A stretch of 64,000 bases of DNA from an uncultured bacterium. GTDB lineage: Bacteria > Patescibacteriota > Minisyncoccia > UBA6257 > 2-01-FULL-56-20. Every line of letters begins with the position of its first letter. Positions within the stretch are counted from its first letter, which is position 1. The position numbers and the translations under genes are program-made. Under the pieces are notes generated by a model. The model had not been told where the DNA came from. It saw nothing but the letters and a program-made list of their open reading frames with translations, and made no database searches. This document shows, piece by piece, positions 36,527-46,627 of this stretch. The DNA is taken from the NCBI GenBank assembly GCA_963707865.1, contig OY970175.1, positions 489,493-553,492 on the forward strand, given 5' to 3'.

Positions 36527-37813
36527 ATGAAGCCGGTCTACATTATGGAGGATATTGTGCGTCCCAAGCCAGTTGCCAAATCCAACGGCGCGAAGTTTGT
36601 TAAAACGGTTTTGAAATTATCCGGCGTAAAGATCCCCTTTTTTATTTGGTTCGTCATCATCCTTGCCGAAACGGTTGGCATGGTGAGAATCGCGAAGGTA
36701 TCTCAACCGGACGTGGCGATGGATGTCCCCCAAGCGGCGATTATGGTGCAAAACGTCGCCGCGCCTCTCGCTTCTATTTCCACTTCTTCTACTTCTACCG
36801 TCATCTCTACTTCTACTACGGCCACCACAAGTTTTGGATCATTGCCGGTAGTCCAGGTGCCTCCCTTCAAGGCGACGAGTACGGCGACATCCAGCAGAAA
36901 AACCGCCACGCAACCAAGCCAGCCAAAGTCAGCACAAATTCCAACAGCAGTTACCGCGAGGTCGCTCTTGGACGCTACCACGCTTTCCGTGAGCGAGGAG
37001 CATGACGGTCCCTATAAAGTTACATTCGTAACGGACGCGGGCACATACGGCAAGATACCATGGAGTCTGGACGATGCTACGCTCACGGTGAGCGAATCCA
37101 TGCCGAGCTTCTCCGTTTCTTTCTCTTGCAATCCGTTACCAAACACGCCAAATCCCAGCGCACCTGACCAAAATCCGACGTTCGACGTAAGGGCTTCCTA
37201 TACCTGCACTATAGATTTCACTCCTACTTCTGGAAGCGATCATCGGACACAATCCAAGCAATTCTCTTTCGCGACCGGTGCCGGTCAACTCATTATTACA
37301 CCGCCGTCGTCCATGAATACCATGCTTAATAACAACGCAAACTTCGGAGGATTTATTTTCAGGAACGATGATACCCAACCAATCACTATTACCGGGTTGG
37401 ATATTGATGTTTCGTATAGGGGCTTAAATATTATAAATACCCCTTTGGTTTTGAGAGTTGAAAATCCCGCCACCGGAGTTTCACTTGTCGATTACCATTT
37501 AGAGAAACTGGCGGCAGATCCGTCCTCTTCTTATGCGTATGCCGGGACGGACATTCACATCCCGCTTTCCTTTACGCTCGGCGCCACGAGCCAGAAGATG
37601 CTCCCGGTTGATATTTTGGGTGTACAGAGATTGAGTATCTATGGGATTAATCCAACTATCGCTGTCACGCTGCGTGGGGTGACGACAAACCAAAATATGA
37701 ACAAGATAGTGCTCAGCTCCCCTAAAATTTCGTGGTCATGCATCGTTCCCCTTGGCGCATACGATCCCAATGCAACCAGCGGCCCATATGCAACTGGTCA
37801 AGCATGTCAGTAG
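36527..37813 (+). CDS. Secreted/membrane-anchored hypothetical protein with Ser/Thr-rich linker
   Basis: N-terminal TM IPFFIWFVIILAETVGMV. No recognisable domain. Confidence 0.5.
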   Translation: MKPVYIMEDIVRPKPVAKSNGAKFVKTVLKLSGVKIPFFIWFVIILAETVGMVRIAKVSQPDVAMDVPQAAIMVQNVAAPLASISTSSTSTVISTSTTATTSFGSLPVVQVPPFKATSTATSSRKTATQPSQPKSAQIPTAVTARSLLDATTLSVSEEHDGPYKVTFVTDAGTYGKIPWSLDDATLTVSESMPSFSVSFSCNPLPNTPNPSAPDQNPTFDVRASYTCTIDFTPTSGSDHRTQSKQFSFATGAGQLIITPPSSMNTMLNNNANFGGFIFRNDDTQPITITGLDIDVSYRGLNIINTPLVLRVENPATGVSLVDYHLEKLAADPSSSYAYAGTDIHIPLSFTLGATSQKMLPVDILGVQRLSIYGINPTIAVTLRGVTTNQNMNKIVLSSPKISWSCIVPLGAYDPNATSGPYATGQACQ

Positions 37814-37822
37814 CAAACCCGA

Positions 37823-37878
37823 GGTTCTCACGTCATCCAGCCGCCGGAGCACCTGGTAAAAGCATCGGACAGACCGAG
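37823..37878 (+). repeat. Repeat copy R5 with extended tRNA-flank homology
   Basis: ggttctcacgtcatccagccgccggagcacctggtaaaagcatcggacagaccgag parallels the tRNA 3-prime end plus flank at 31686-31747. Confidence 0.85.
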
Positions 37879-37951
37879 AGGGATAGCCCTCGGTATGGGT
37901 AAAAGAAAAAGTGCCTTTCTCAAGGCACTTTCTTCTTGGGGAACAAGACTG

Positions 37952-38182
37952 TTACATCTTCCCTTCATGCTGCGCACAACAACCGCAGGATCTCTTAGCC
38001 AACTTCACACATCCCGCGATGATAATAAGAATCGGCCAGATAATATTGACGAATCCCCACGTAATGACGCCGAGCGCCCCGAGCAGGAAATCAAACCCGA
38101 ACAGGATAACGAGAGCCGGTATGGCCTGGTGACATCCGCACCCACAGGTCTTTCCGCCCATTTTTACACCATCATTTTCCAT
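37952..38182 (-). CDS. Small Cys-rich membrane protein
   Basis: MENDGVKMGGKTCGCGCHQAIPALVILFGFDFLLGALGVITWGFVNIIWPILIIIAGCVKLAKRSCGCC. The longer ORF-track version runs through repeat R6 and is rejected. Confidence 0.35.
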   Translation of the reverse strand: MENDGVKMGGKTCGCGCHQAIPALVILFGFDFLLGALGVITWGFVNIIWPILIIIAGCVKLAKRSCGCCAQHEGKM

Positions 38183-38228
38183 GGTACGTAGTCTTGAGCA
38201 CACTCGACCTTTCTGTTCCATTATATCA

Positions 38229-38256
38229 GTTTTAACATCGTCCAGCCGCCGGAGTC
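38229..38256 (+). repeat. 28-bp repeat, copy R6 (degenerate)
   Basis: gttttaacatcgtccagccgccggagtc. Confidence 0.7.
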
Positions 38257-38261
38257 GAACA

Positions 38262-39584
38262 TCAAAGATTTTTCTTTCGTTTTTTTCTTCGCGAGCTCGA
38301 AGGAAAGTCCGTACCTGCGAACAATTTATTATTCGTAATCGCCTCATGGACGAGACGCGTTACCGCATCATATCCAAGTTTTGGAATAAGGAAAGTTGCG
38401 TACGCCGTTGAACGCTGAAGGAGTTCTCTGCAGCGATCGGGGTCGGCCGTGATGAGGGCAAAACATCGGCGCGAAGCCTGCGTAAGTACTTCATTAATAA
38501 GTTTCCCGGATGCAAGCAATCGATCGGCGATGAGTGGCGTCATTACGCTCAATTCAAGTTGGGCCGCTTGGGCTGCTTCGCGTATTGCAAGGTCGTTTCC
38601 CATCACGAAAAAATGCAACTGATTGAGCGCTTCAAGGAGCACCGGATTTACCTTCCCTGGCATGATCGAGGAACCCGCCTGGAGTGGAGCAATTTCAATC
38701 TCGTGAATGCCACCACGCGGACCGCTTGCAAGAATGCGGAGGTCGTTCGCAATCTTTGAAAGATCAATGGTGAGCATCACGAATGCTGAGGATAGCATAC
38801 AAAAATCAGTGGCACTCATCGTTTGCGCAGAGAGATTCTTGGCGGGACGAAGCGGCAAGTGAAGTGAACTTCGCAAGTCACGATAGAGAACTGCCCTAAA
38901 ACGGGGTGTCACATTTACGCCATTCCCCACCGCACTACCACCCAGATTAAGCTCATAGAGATATTGTATTGCACTCGCAATGCGCTGCCGGTCCCGTTCA
39001 ATAAGCGCCGCGTATGCCGCAAATTCCGCGCCAAGCGTGATAGGAACCGCGTCCTGGAGATGAGTACGTCCAAGCTTTTTTATTTTCCGAAATTCACTTG
39101 CTTTTCGCGTGAGCGTCAGTACGGCCATGTCAGCATTCCGCATCATTTCCTTGGCAATATTAAGACAAGCGATCTTGAGCGCCGAAGGAACCACGTCGTT
39201 CGTGGACTGACCGACATTGACATGATCGTTGGGATGAATAGGAACTTTCCGAGAATGCTTCCTGCGGGACAATAGTGCCATTCCTCTTGCGGCGAGCACT
39301 TCGTTTATATTCATATGGACGGAAGTCCCTGCCCCTCCTTGAAACGAAGGGGTTACAAATTGATCATCCAGTTTTCCGGCTAGGGCCTCTCTGCACGCAC
39401 GAATGATCGCCCGTGCCCGAGGTCGATCAAGAAGCCCTGCGGCAAGGGCTGCATGGGCTGCGGAACGCTTGATCCATATGATGCTTTGGATCAATTCTCG
39501 ACTAACCGGCGGCACCGAAAACGGAAAATTACGAAGTGCTGCTTCGGTTTGCTCACCATAATAATGACGATTTTTTGATGCCAT
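38262..39584 (-). CDS. Aspartate ammonia-lyase/class II fumarase family lyase
   Basis: Fumarate-lyase signature GSSIMPGKVNP, TNDVVPSA, and N-terminal ...ALRNFPFS. Confidence 0.75.
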   Translation of the reverse strand: MASKNRHYYGEQTEAALRNFPFSVPPVSRELIQSIIWIKRSAAHAALAAGLLDRPRARAIIRACREALAGKLDDQFVTPSFQGGAGTSVHMNINEVLAARGMALLSRRKHSRKVPIHPNDHVNVGQSTNDVVPSALKIACLNIAKEMMRNADMAVLTLTRKASEFRKIKKLGRTHLQDAVPITLGAEFAAYAALIERDRQRIASAIQYLYELNLGGSAVGNGVNVTPRFRAVLYRDLRSSLHLPLRPAKNLSAQTMSATDFCMLSSAFVMLTIDLSKIANDLRILASGPRGGIHEIEIAPLQAGSSIMPGKVNPVLLEALNQLHFFVMGNDLAIREAAQAAQLELSVMTPLIADRLLASGKLINEVLTQASRRCFALITADPDRCRELLQRSTAYATFLIPKLGYDAVTRLVHEAITNNKLFAGTDFPSSSRRKKRKKNL

Positions 39585-39639
39585 AAATGTCCGTATAAAT
39601 CCAGTATATCAAAGTTAGATTTTTTCCAGCTCCCACGCA

Positions 39640-39668
39640 GGTTCTCACGTCGTCCAACCGCCGGGAGC
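39640..39668 (+). repeat. 28-bp repeat, copy R7
   Basis: ggttctcacgtcgtccaaccgccgggagc. Confidence 0.75.
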
Positions 39669-39698
39669 GGCTATTTGATGCGGACAAGAGCTCCATTC

Positions 39699-42608
39699 TT
39701 AATGCATGTAGTTTGAAACCACGTCGTGCACGGTTTTCACGAGGATCTGGCCGGTTCCCGTTCCTTGTTTGCTTTGCAAGTATGCTACGGTGTCTTGCAG
39801 TACCGCTTTTGTCGTGCCTTCCGGCTCGCTTGCGAGCGCGCTGGTTGACGTTTCAATCTGGTGCAGCATCAGCGTGAGCCACACTTTGTTCTGTGCCGCA
39901 TAATCTATCCAGGAATGGATCGTGCTCGTCGTAACCGTGGCATCCACGCTCTGAATTTTGAGCTCAAGCCGATTCGTTACGGTAAAGTTATATCCCACAT
40001 TCACGCTACGAGCGGCGACGATGCCGTTCGCGGTCAAATCCGCTTCAACGATACTGTTACCCGAGCCGTCGCCGTACGGATATGCGAAAGTGTCTACGGG
40101 GGAAACACCGATCGCAAGGAGCGCGGTGCGAGCGTTCCCGATCTCTTGGTTTGCCGAAAGCGGGTCAGGTGAGTTCGGCGGATCGCCATCCGGGCAGAGT
40201 CCCGTCAAGAGATCACAGTGGAACACGGTGTGGTCACCGATCTCTTCGCCATAGGTTTTTTGGAGCGCAAGGACGGTGGATGCGTTCATGTAATCATTGC
40301 CCTCATTGCCAGCCATCGCATCCGAGATGATATAGAATGTAGCGTGCATGCCCGCGGCGTTCAAGATCGGCACGGCATTATTGAACTGCGACTGCCAGCC
40401 GTCGTCAAAAGTAAGGGAGACCAACCCTTGCGGGAAGAGATCTGCGGTTGAGGAGCCGAGTGGCGCGAGCGAGTAGTGTGCGGTACTGAGCGACCCAACG
40501 CCGGCAATCAAATGATAAATTGTAACTGAAGCGGCGTTTGCGGGCGCAACGACCTGCTGGGTCGTTGATGCCCATCCGGACGTGGGACCGAACCCCGAAA
40601 TATAGTTGGCCGCCGTCCCACCATTCGTGAGCGTCCATAAGGCATCGATTTCGGTGGTAGCGGTCGAGTTATACCAGTCGGAGAAAACGTAGGTCGCGTT
40701 CGGTGTCACGGGCACATTGTCAAAAACCCAGGTCGCATCACCGTTGGTATAACTCGATATGGCAACTTTCTCGGCTTTGTCGGTACCGTTCGGCCCCGCG
40801 ACGGGATACGTGTAGGTAGCAGTGTTCGTGCCATAACCCCCATGTGACCAATGATCGGGCACCGTACTTGAAACTGTTGCGTTAGCGAGGTCGGGATTTA
40901 AAATAAGATTCGTAGGCGGCGGGGGCGGTGGCACCGCGGCTGCGATATTCACCGTATAACTTTGCGTTGAAGAACTCGTGCCATTCGTCGCCTTAACCGA
41001 GAATGTTGAGGTGGCGTTCGTGGTCGGGGTCCCAGAGATCTTGTCGGTTGCACTGGTTGAGGTGCCAAGAGAAAGGCCGCTCGGCAGACTACCAGACGCG
41101 ATGCTCCACGTGAAAGGTCCCGCTGCCGTCGTCGAAGCCGTGAGGGTTTGCGAATATGCGACGCCCACGGTGCCGTTGGGCAGCGTGGATGGGTTGATCG
41201 TGAGCGCGGGGGAGGGGGCGGGCGCCGCACTCACCGTGAAGGTAATGTGATTGGAGGTGGTGGAAGAGAGATTGGAAAACACGTATTGTTCGTCATAGGT
41301 GCCGACATAACTTGAGAGGAGCTTTTGCTGCATGCTCCAGTTACCGTTTGCGTCCGTGCTGCTGTAATTGAGAAGTGGGGGCTGCGCCACGCCGTTCAGG
41401 GTATAGTCTATGCTGAAATTCGTACTGGGGATATTTGAAGTCACCGCGTAGGTCACGGTCTGGCCTACGGTGAAGCTGCCGCTCGTCGCATTATTGATCG
41501 TGAGGGCAGCCAAGGGGACCGGGACCGGCATGATAATTGTGGCCGTGGCAGAACCGCCCAGACCTGTAACGGTATAGTTTATAGTAGCGGCATAGCCAGC
41601 CTCACAAGTCGGTATAATGCCACTAGTACTCATACCCGCATTATTAGCGACCCACCCACCACTAGAACCCCAGAAACAGGACCAGGGCGGGGAAGCCGGA
41701 GCTATGGTGAAATTAGAAGAATAGCTGCTGCCATTGCTGGAGGACCAGGTATATTTTATAGTGTCGCCCACATTCACTGTTAGGGTAGGTTTGGTGGTAC
41801 CGTTGGTATCGCTGATGGTTTTGCCGGTTGTTATGTCAGTGGCCGAGAGGGTGGCGGTGGGCAGCGTCCCGCTCGCCGTGATCGCGATATTCACCGTATA
41901 GCTTTGCGTTGAAGAACTCGTGCCATTCGTCGCCTTAACCGAGAATGTTGAGGTGGCGTTCGTGGTCGGGGTCCCAGAGATCTTGTCGGTTGCACTGGTT
42001 GAGGTGCCAAGAGAAAGGCCGCTCGGCAGACTACCAGACGCGATGCTCCACGTGAAAGGTCCCGCTGCCGTCGTCGAAGCCGTGAGGGTTTGCGTGTACG
42101 CGACGCCCACGGTGCCGTTGGGCAGCGCGGATGGGTTGATCGTGAGCGCGGGGGGAGGCGGCGTTACCGTCCCGACGGTCACTGCGTTATTCAGCGTGAA
42201 GGTAGCACTCGGTCCGGCATTGGATACTGAAGTGCAGTTCATACCACTGTAAGCAACGAAATAGGCGTTGTACGTGCCTGTGCTTGTCGGAGCTTTTACG
42301 TTGAAACTTGCCGAATACGTCCCGGCAGAAAGTCGCAAACCAGTATTGACGCAGGCGAACGCTCCCGGACTCGCAGCTATTCTCCACCCGGTCGATATCC
42401 AATCGCCGGCCCATCCGAATCCCGTCGTTTGTACGGTCACCTTGGCCGAAACGGTCGCTCCCCCATTCACCGCAACTGAAGTTGCACCGTTTAATGTAGC
42501 AGAAAGAACTGTCCGCGCGGCATTGGCCGCAAGCGGCATACCCACGAGTATTACCGCTCCACTAAGGAAAAGCGATGAGATCAATAAAGAATACTTGCGC
42601 TTTAACAT
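39699..42608 (-). CDS. Large secreted protein with duplicated putative-Ig (He_PIG-like) domains and C-terminal polysaccharide deacetylase (NodB) domain
   Basis: Signal peptide. Two ~93-aa near-identical repeats (...GPFTWSIASGSLPSGLSLGTSTSATDKISGTPTTNATSTFSVKATNG...). NodB motif LTFDDGWQSQ. Confidence 0.65.
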   Translation of the reverse strand: MLKRKYSLLISSLFLSGAVILVGMPLAANAARTVLSATLNGATSVAVNGGATVSAKVTVQTTGFGWAGDWISTGWRIAASPGAFACVNTGLRLSAGTYSASFNVKAPTSTGTYNAYFVAYSGMNCTSVSNAGPSATFTLNNAVTVGTVTPPPPALTINPSALPNGTVGVAYTQTLTASTTAAGPFTWSIASGSLPSGLSLGTSTSATDKISGTPTTNATSTFSVKATNGTSSSTQSYTVNIAITASGTLPTATLSATDITTGKTISDTNGTTKPTLTVNVGDTIKYTWSSSNGSSYSSNFTIAPASPPWSCFWGSSGGWVANNAGMSTSGIIPTCEAGYAATINYTVTGLGGSATATIIMPVPVPLAALTINNATSGSFTVGQTVTYAVTSNIPSTNFSIDYTLNGVAQPPLLNYSSTDANGNWSMQQKLLSSYVGTYDEQYVFSNLSSTTSNHITFTVSAAPAPSPALTINPSTLPNGTVGVAYSQTLTASTTAAGPFTWSIASGSLPSGLSLGTSTSATDKISGTPTTNATSTFSVKATNGTSSSTQSYTVNIAAAVPPPPPPTNLILNPDLANATVSSTVPDHWSHGGYGTNTATYTYPVAGPNGTDKAEKVAISSYTNGDATWVFDNVPVTPNATYVFSDWYNSTATTEIDALWTLTNGGTAANYISGFGPTSGWASTTQQVVAPANAASVTIYHLIAGVGSLSTAHYSLAPLGSSTADLFPQGLVSLTFDDGWQSQFNNAVPILNAAGMHATFYIISDAMAGNEGNDYMNASTVLALQKTYGEEIGDHTVFHCDLLTGLCPDGDPPNSPDPLSANQEIGNARTALLAIGVSPVDTFAYPYGDGSGNSIVEADLTANGIVAARSVNVGYNFTVTNRLELKIQSVDATVTTSTIHSWIDYAAQNKVWLTLMLHQIETSTSALASEPEGTTKAVLQDTVAYLQSKQGTGTGQILVKTVHDVVSNYMH

Positions 42609-42689
42609 AAAGTATTTGCGGTCTTTGATTGACCGATGCGCACATGATAATTTAGTTTGGCAATTTTTGTCAAATCAAGGGCCTACAAA

Positions 42690-42717
42690 GGTTCTCACAT
42701 CCTCCAGCCGCCGGAGC
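42690..42717 (+). repeat. 28-bp repeat, copy R8
   Basis: ggttctcacatcctccagccgccggagc. Confidence 0.8.
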
Positions 42718-42786
42718 ACCTAAGTAGTAATCACTAAGTTATTGTGATAATATACACAAGTTCGTTTTATTTAGAAAAGAAAAGGC

Positions 42787-43236
42787 ATGAGCAAGAAAAG
42801 TTTTGAAAATAGGGTTGTGGACGCGCAGGGCATCGAAAAGGGAACTGACCCCGAAAACAGTTACCAACACTATCTGGAATTGGGAGGGATTATCAACGAA
42901 AAAGATTATCGGGGTGCTCTTGATAGGATTAATATAACACGCACACCCGACAGAGAGAATCAGCAAGTAAGAAATTCTATACAGCAGGCATTGGAAATGG
43001 CAGGACACGCAGGGATTAAATTAAATGATTCAGAAGACATCCTCGATCCAAAGATTGTATTGTATGTAACACTACGTAGCGACACCAAGCCCGAGGGTGT
43101 AAAATACCACCACAGTCAAATGAGCGACCAGCGCATATTTGGAGAAGCTCTGAGAATGTTGGGAGATGCTGATTCTCTTGATAAATTGATTAAAGCTTAT
43201 CCGAATATTTCCTTCAAATATAAAAGAGGAGAATAG
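42787..43236 (+). CDS. Hypothetical protein
   Basis: A 149-aa ORF with good RBS context, followed by a terminator. Confidence 0.45.
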   Translation: MSKKSFENRVVDAQGIEKGTDPENSYQHYLELGGIINEKDYRGALDRINITRTPDRENQQVRNSIQQALEMAGHAGIKLNDSEDILDPKIVLYVTLRSDTKPEGVKYHHSQMSDQRIFGEALRMLGDADSLDKLIKAYPNISFKYKRGE

Positions 43237-43250
43237 GTTTCTCGGAGTGT

Positions 43251-43276
43251 ATGCCGACTTAATGTCGGCTTTTTCG
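43251..43276 (+). terminator. Rho-independent terminator
   Basis: gccgacttaatgtcggc followed by ttttt. Confidence 0.6.
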
Positions 43277-43285
43277 TCCCAAACA

Positions 43286-43343
43286 GGTTCTCACATCGTC
43301 CAGCCGCCGGAGCACATAGTAAAAGCATTGGGCAGACCGGGAG
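43286..43343 (+). repeat. Repeat copy R9 with extended tRNA-flank homology
   Basis: ggttctcacatcgtccagccgccggagcacatagtaaaagcattgggcagaccgggagg. Confidence 0.85.
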
Positions 43344-43468
43344 GCCATAATAAAACCTGTGAATAAGAACTTACAGCCGGGATCACATCGAAAGCATCGC
43401 CTGCCCTTTTTGTTTTTCAAAAATAAGGGTGGTACGCCTTGGTCTACTAGGGCGAATTAGAGAATGAA

Positions 43469-43873
43469 ATTATTTTGCGCCGCCGTGAAGCTTTCGCCTT
43501 TTGGCTTCGGCTTGGCGTACGCGGGATTCGTCCATGCCAAAATGGTGGGCAATTTCATGCCAAACCGTATCTCTCACAATCCTTTTAATGTCTTCCTTAT
43601 TGGTAGCCTCGTCTTCAATTGACTTTTGAAAGATAGTATTTTATCGGGGAGCACGGCAGTATAGTTCGCCCCTCGCGATACCTGCGGCACTCCTTCGTAT
43701 AAGCCATAGAGTGTCCAGCTTGGATGGATGTTCAGCTTCTTTTTCTGGGCCGGTGTTGGCTCGTCGTCAATCACGATCGCTACATTGTCCAATTTCCGCA
43801 GGAACTTTTCCGGAACCGCGCGTATTCCTTCCTCTATAATTTTCTCAAATTCGTCACGATTTAATTTCAGCAT
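43469..43873 (-). pseudogene. COG3824/DUF1025-type minimal zinc-metallopeptidase-like gene, frameshifted
   Basis: The 43574-43873 ORF covers the N-terminal part (...LYGLYEGVPQVSRGANYTAVLPDKI...). The HExxH part VRDTVWHEIAHHFGMDESRV... continues in another frame at 43469-43573. Confidence 0.5.
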
Positions 43874-43999
43874 AAATTGATTTTGCCGATTCGTCGTTCA
43901 TTGATTTATATAGAACCCGTTTACAAGCTACCAAAAATAATACTATTAGTAAAGATTATCTATTTTCACGAAGTTCAGTGATGGGCTAGACACAAAGAA

Positions 44000-44938
44000 A
44001 TGCTCGGCAGCGTCAAATTTTGTTATTATAAATTAACTATGGGTGGAAATATTGAAGGATTTATTCCTCTTCGCGGAGGTAGGGTATGGTATAAGATTGT
44101 CGGAAAGTCCCACACCATTCCAATTATTGTGGTTCACGGAGGACCTGGGTATCCGCACGATTATCTTGAACCCTTAGAGGATCTAGGAGCGAAGCGACAG
44201 GTAATTTTTTATGACCAACTTGGCTGTGGCAATTCTCACAAAACAATCGATCCTGCGCAATGGACCATCGAGCAATTTGTTGTCGAGCTTCAAAAAATCA
44301 TTGAATTTCTTAACTTGGAGAAATATTATGTTCTTGGCCAATCATGGGGTTCGGCTCTGGCCGTCGCTTTTGCTCTCACGAAACCAAAAGGGCTTGAGAG
44401 TCTCATTTTCTCTGATCCTTATATGAGCACTCCGTATTGGGTCAAAGATGCCGAGCGACTCATCCAATCACTCCCAAGAGAGATGCAGGTTGCACTTAAA
44501 AATTTGCCGAGCGATTCCGAGGGGTACAAACAAGCATCAAAGGAATATGACGTACGATTTGTGCGCCATTTAGATCCATACCCGGAAGCCTGCAAAAGAT
44601 CAGACATAAAAATGAACCGAGCGATGTATCACTATATGTGGGGACCGGAAGAATTTCTGCTGAACGGAACCCTCATGAATTTCGACCCAACGCCGCAATT
44701 TTCAGAAATCAACATTCCAGTGTTGTTCTTATGTGGACGACATGATGAGGCAACCCCTGAAACAACAGAGTACTTCAAAAGCCTTTTTCCAAACGCTCAA
44801 ATCAAAGTTTTTGAAAACAGCGCCCACTTTCCTTTCTGGAACGAGCGAAAACATTATATGCAGACAATCAAAAATTTTCTTGAGACCATCGAGGGGCGCC
44901 CCAAATCTCTTACTTTCTGGCCATTAAGCAGGTTCTAA
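44000..44938 (+). CDS. Proline iminopeptidase (S33 alpha/beta hydrolase)
   Basis: IIVVHGGPGYPHDYL, catalytic GQSWGS, and a C-terminal His region. Confidence 0.75.
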   Translation: MLGSVKFCYYKLTMGGNIEGFIPLRGGRVWYKIVGKSHTIPIIVVHGGPGYPHDYLEPLEDLGAKRQVIFYDQLGCGNSHKTIDPAQWTIEQFVVELQKIIEFLNLEKYYVLGQSWGSALAVAFALTKPKGLESLIFSDPYMSTPYWVKDAERLIQSLPREMQVALKNLPSDSEGYKQASKEYDVRFVRHLDPYPEACKRSDIKMNRAMYHYMWGPEEFLLNGTLMNFDPTPQFSEINIPVLFLCGRHDEATPETTEYFKSLFPNAQIKVFENSAHFPFWNERKHYMQTIKNFLETIEGRPKSLTFWPLSRF

Positions 44939-44958
44939 TGTCGTTCAGCCGCCGGAGC
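44931..44958 (+). repeat. 28-bp repeat, copy R10 (overlaps stop codon of iminopeptidase)
   Basis: ggttctaatgtcgttcagccgccggagc. Confidence 0.75.
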
Positions 44959-45325
44959 GGATAGTTTTGAGAAATGGGCTTACATCGCAAACCCCCTGCC
45001 CAGGTCGAACATGGGGCAGAGGGTTTGGATATAAATATGATTAAGTTATAAGGTGTTGGTAAGATGGCGGGAAAGCGATAACGAAGCGCTAAGAACAACG
45101 AGGGGTTCTCCGAAGCCGTGGCGTTCATTTACCCGGCTTTGCTTAAGAACCTTGCTTGACCGAATCGGCCAGATTAGTTGTTCAGCGAGCTTTCCCACGA
45201 TCGCTCATAGCATGAAGTTGTTGTCTTTTGTTTTATTTTTAGGACCTTTGGTTGCTCCACCCGGCTCCATGGCGCCGGCATACCTATTACTACTTACTAC
45301 AACGGCCCGGCGCGTTTCTTTCACC

Positions 45326-46000
45326 CTATAGGCCGATCTTTTTAACCCCGAAGGGGTGGATGGTCCTGCTCGCATCCGAATTGCCGAAAACCACGACAGG
45401 ATCGCCTACCCCAAGCATCCCAAAGGAACTCGTAGGCACTAGTATGACCGTCGTAGTCTCTCCGTCAGAATCCCGCAATATGAACCCGTTCTCAAGAAAA
45501 GAAACGATCTGGCCCCGATGCACGGCGCTCGGAATTGATTCCTCGAGTTCGTAGAATCCATTGATAAAAGGAATGTGGTCCTCCGCGGCATAATTGATGA
45601 TCGCGTAGTGAAGAGACGCAGGGATGATAAGAAATCCAGCTACCGCAGGGAGACCGGCGATGATCACTAATAGGTAGAGCATTGGGCGGTGATAGATAAA
45701 GGCGTACCGCCACGCGAATATGGCGATCGCCAGGGCGAAGAGAAGGGATAAGAAGACGAGGATGAGCGGCAGGGATTGGAGAAAAAGATACCAACCGGAG
45801 AACCCGAAGTCGCGAGCAAACCACGCGCCGCTCTCGTGCAGGGCAAAGATGATAAAGCTCACGATAAAGATGAGGCACAAGAAGAGAACGACGCCGACCG
45901 CCGCCACAAGCACTGCTTGCAAAACAAAATACCACTTCGGCCGCATCTTTGCTTTGCCGCCTTTGATCGTTTCCAAAACTTTTTCTTCAACGTCGTTCAT
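45326..46000 (-). CDS. Multi-TM membrane protein, putative anti-sigma factor (by context)
   Basis: Downstream of the ECF sigma gene and overlapping it by 4 nt. Three to four TM helices. Function is inferred only from gene order. Confidence 0.4.
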   Translation of the reverse strand: MNDVEEKVLETIKGGKAKMRPKWYFVLQAVLVAAVGVVLFLCLIFIVSFIIFALHESGAWFARDFGFSGWYLFLQSLPLILVFLSLLFALAIAIFAWRYAFIYHRPMLYLLVIIAGLPAVAGFLIIPASLHYAIINYAAEDHIPFINGFYELEESIPSAVHRGQIVSFLENGFILRDSDGETTTVILVPTSSFGMLGVGDPVVVFGNSDASRTIHPFGVKKIGL

Positions 46001-46566
46001 ATATGGTGTTCTTGCTCGATGAGCTTCTTGAGCATAATTCTCCCCCGCTGCAGACGCACGCCCACCGTGGAGATTGGAATGTGTAAAATATCCGCGATCG
46101 CCTTATAATCCATCTCCTCAAAATAATACAAGACAAGTGGCTCTTTGTACTTTTGGCCGAGTTGGTCAAGCGACCGGTCAAGCATTTTTTTCGCTTCTTG
46201 GTGGTTGATATTCCCGTCGGCGGTTTCCTTGGCGACCAGGTGGGGGAAAAGGATGTCGAAATCAAAAAGGGAAGTATTCCTTTTTTCTTTTTGTTTCTTC
46301 TTGAGCGCGTTTATGAACTCATTATGGGCAATCCGATACAGCCACGGCGAAAACCGCTGGGTGCTGTCAAAGCTCTGTATATTCGCGTACGCCTTAATGA
46401 AAACCTCCTGCACAAGATCTTTCGTCTCTTCACCGTCGAAAAGAAAACGCTTTGCGTAGCGGGTCATCTTTGGCGCATATCGCTCCACAAGGACACGAAA
46501 CGATTCAACGTCGCCGGCTTGCACTTGCCTCGCGATATTCTCATCTTTTGGTTGGTGCATACCCAT
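45997..46566 (-). CDS. ECF-subfamily RNA polymerase sigma-70 factor
   Basis: Region 2 (DLVQEVFIKAY...WLYRIAHNEFIN) and region 4 HTH (MDYKAIADILHIPISTVGVRLQRGR). Confidence 0.8.
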   Translation of the reverse strand: MGMHQPKDENIARQVQAGDVESFRVLVERYAPKMTRYAKRFLFDGEETKDLVQEVFIKAYANIQSFDSTQRFSPWLYRIAHNEFINALKKKQKEKRNTSLFDFDILFPHLVAKETADGNINHQEAKKMLDRSLDQLGQKYKEPLVLYYFEEMDYKAIADILHIPISTVGVRLQRGRIMLKKLIEQEHHI

Positions 46567-46627
46567 TCATGCATAGACACCCGCTCTTAATACTACAACC
46601 AAACCCCTGTTTTGTTTCACCACGTGC

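Noticed and set aside
37895-38347. The + ORF 37895-38191 and the long version of the minus ORF 37952-38347.
   Set aside because: The + ORF is low-complexity. The long minus ORF reads through repeat copy R6. Only the shorter Cys-rich membrane ORF (37952-38182) was kept, at low confidence.
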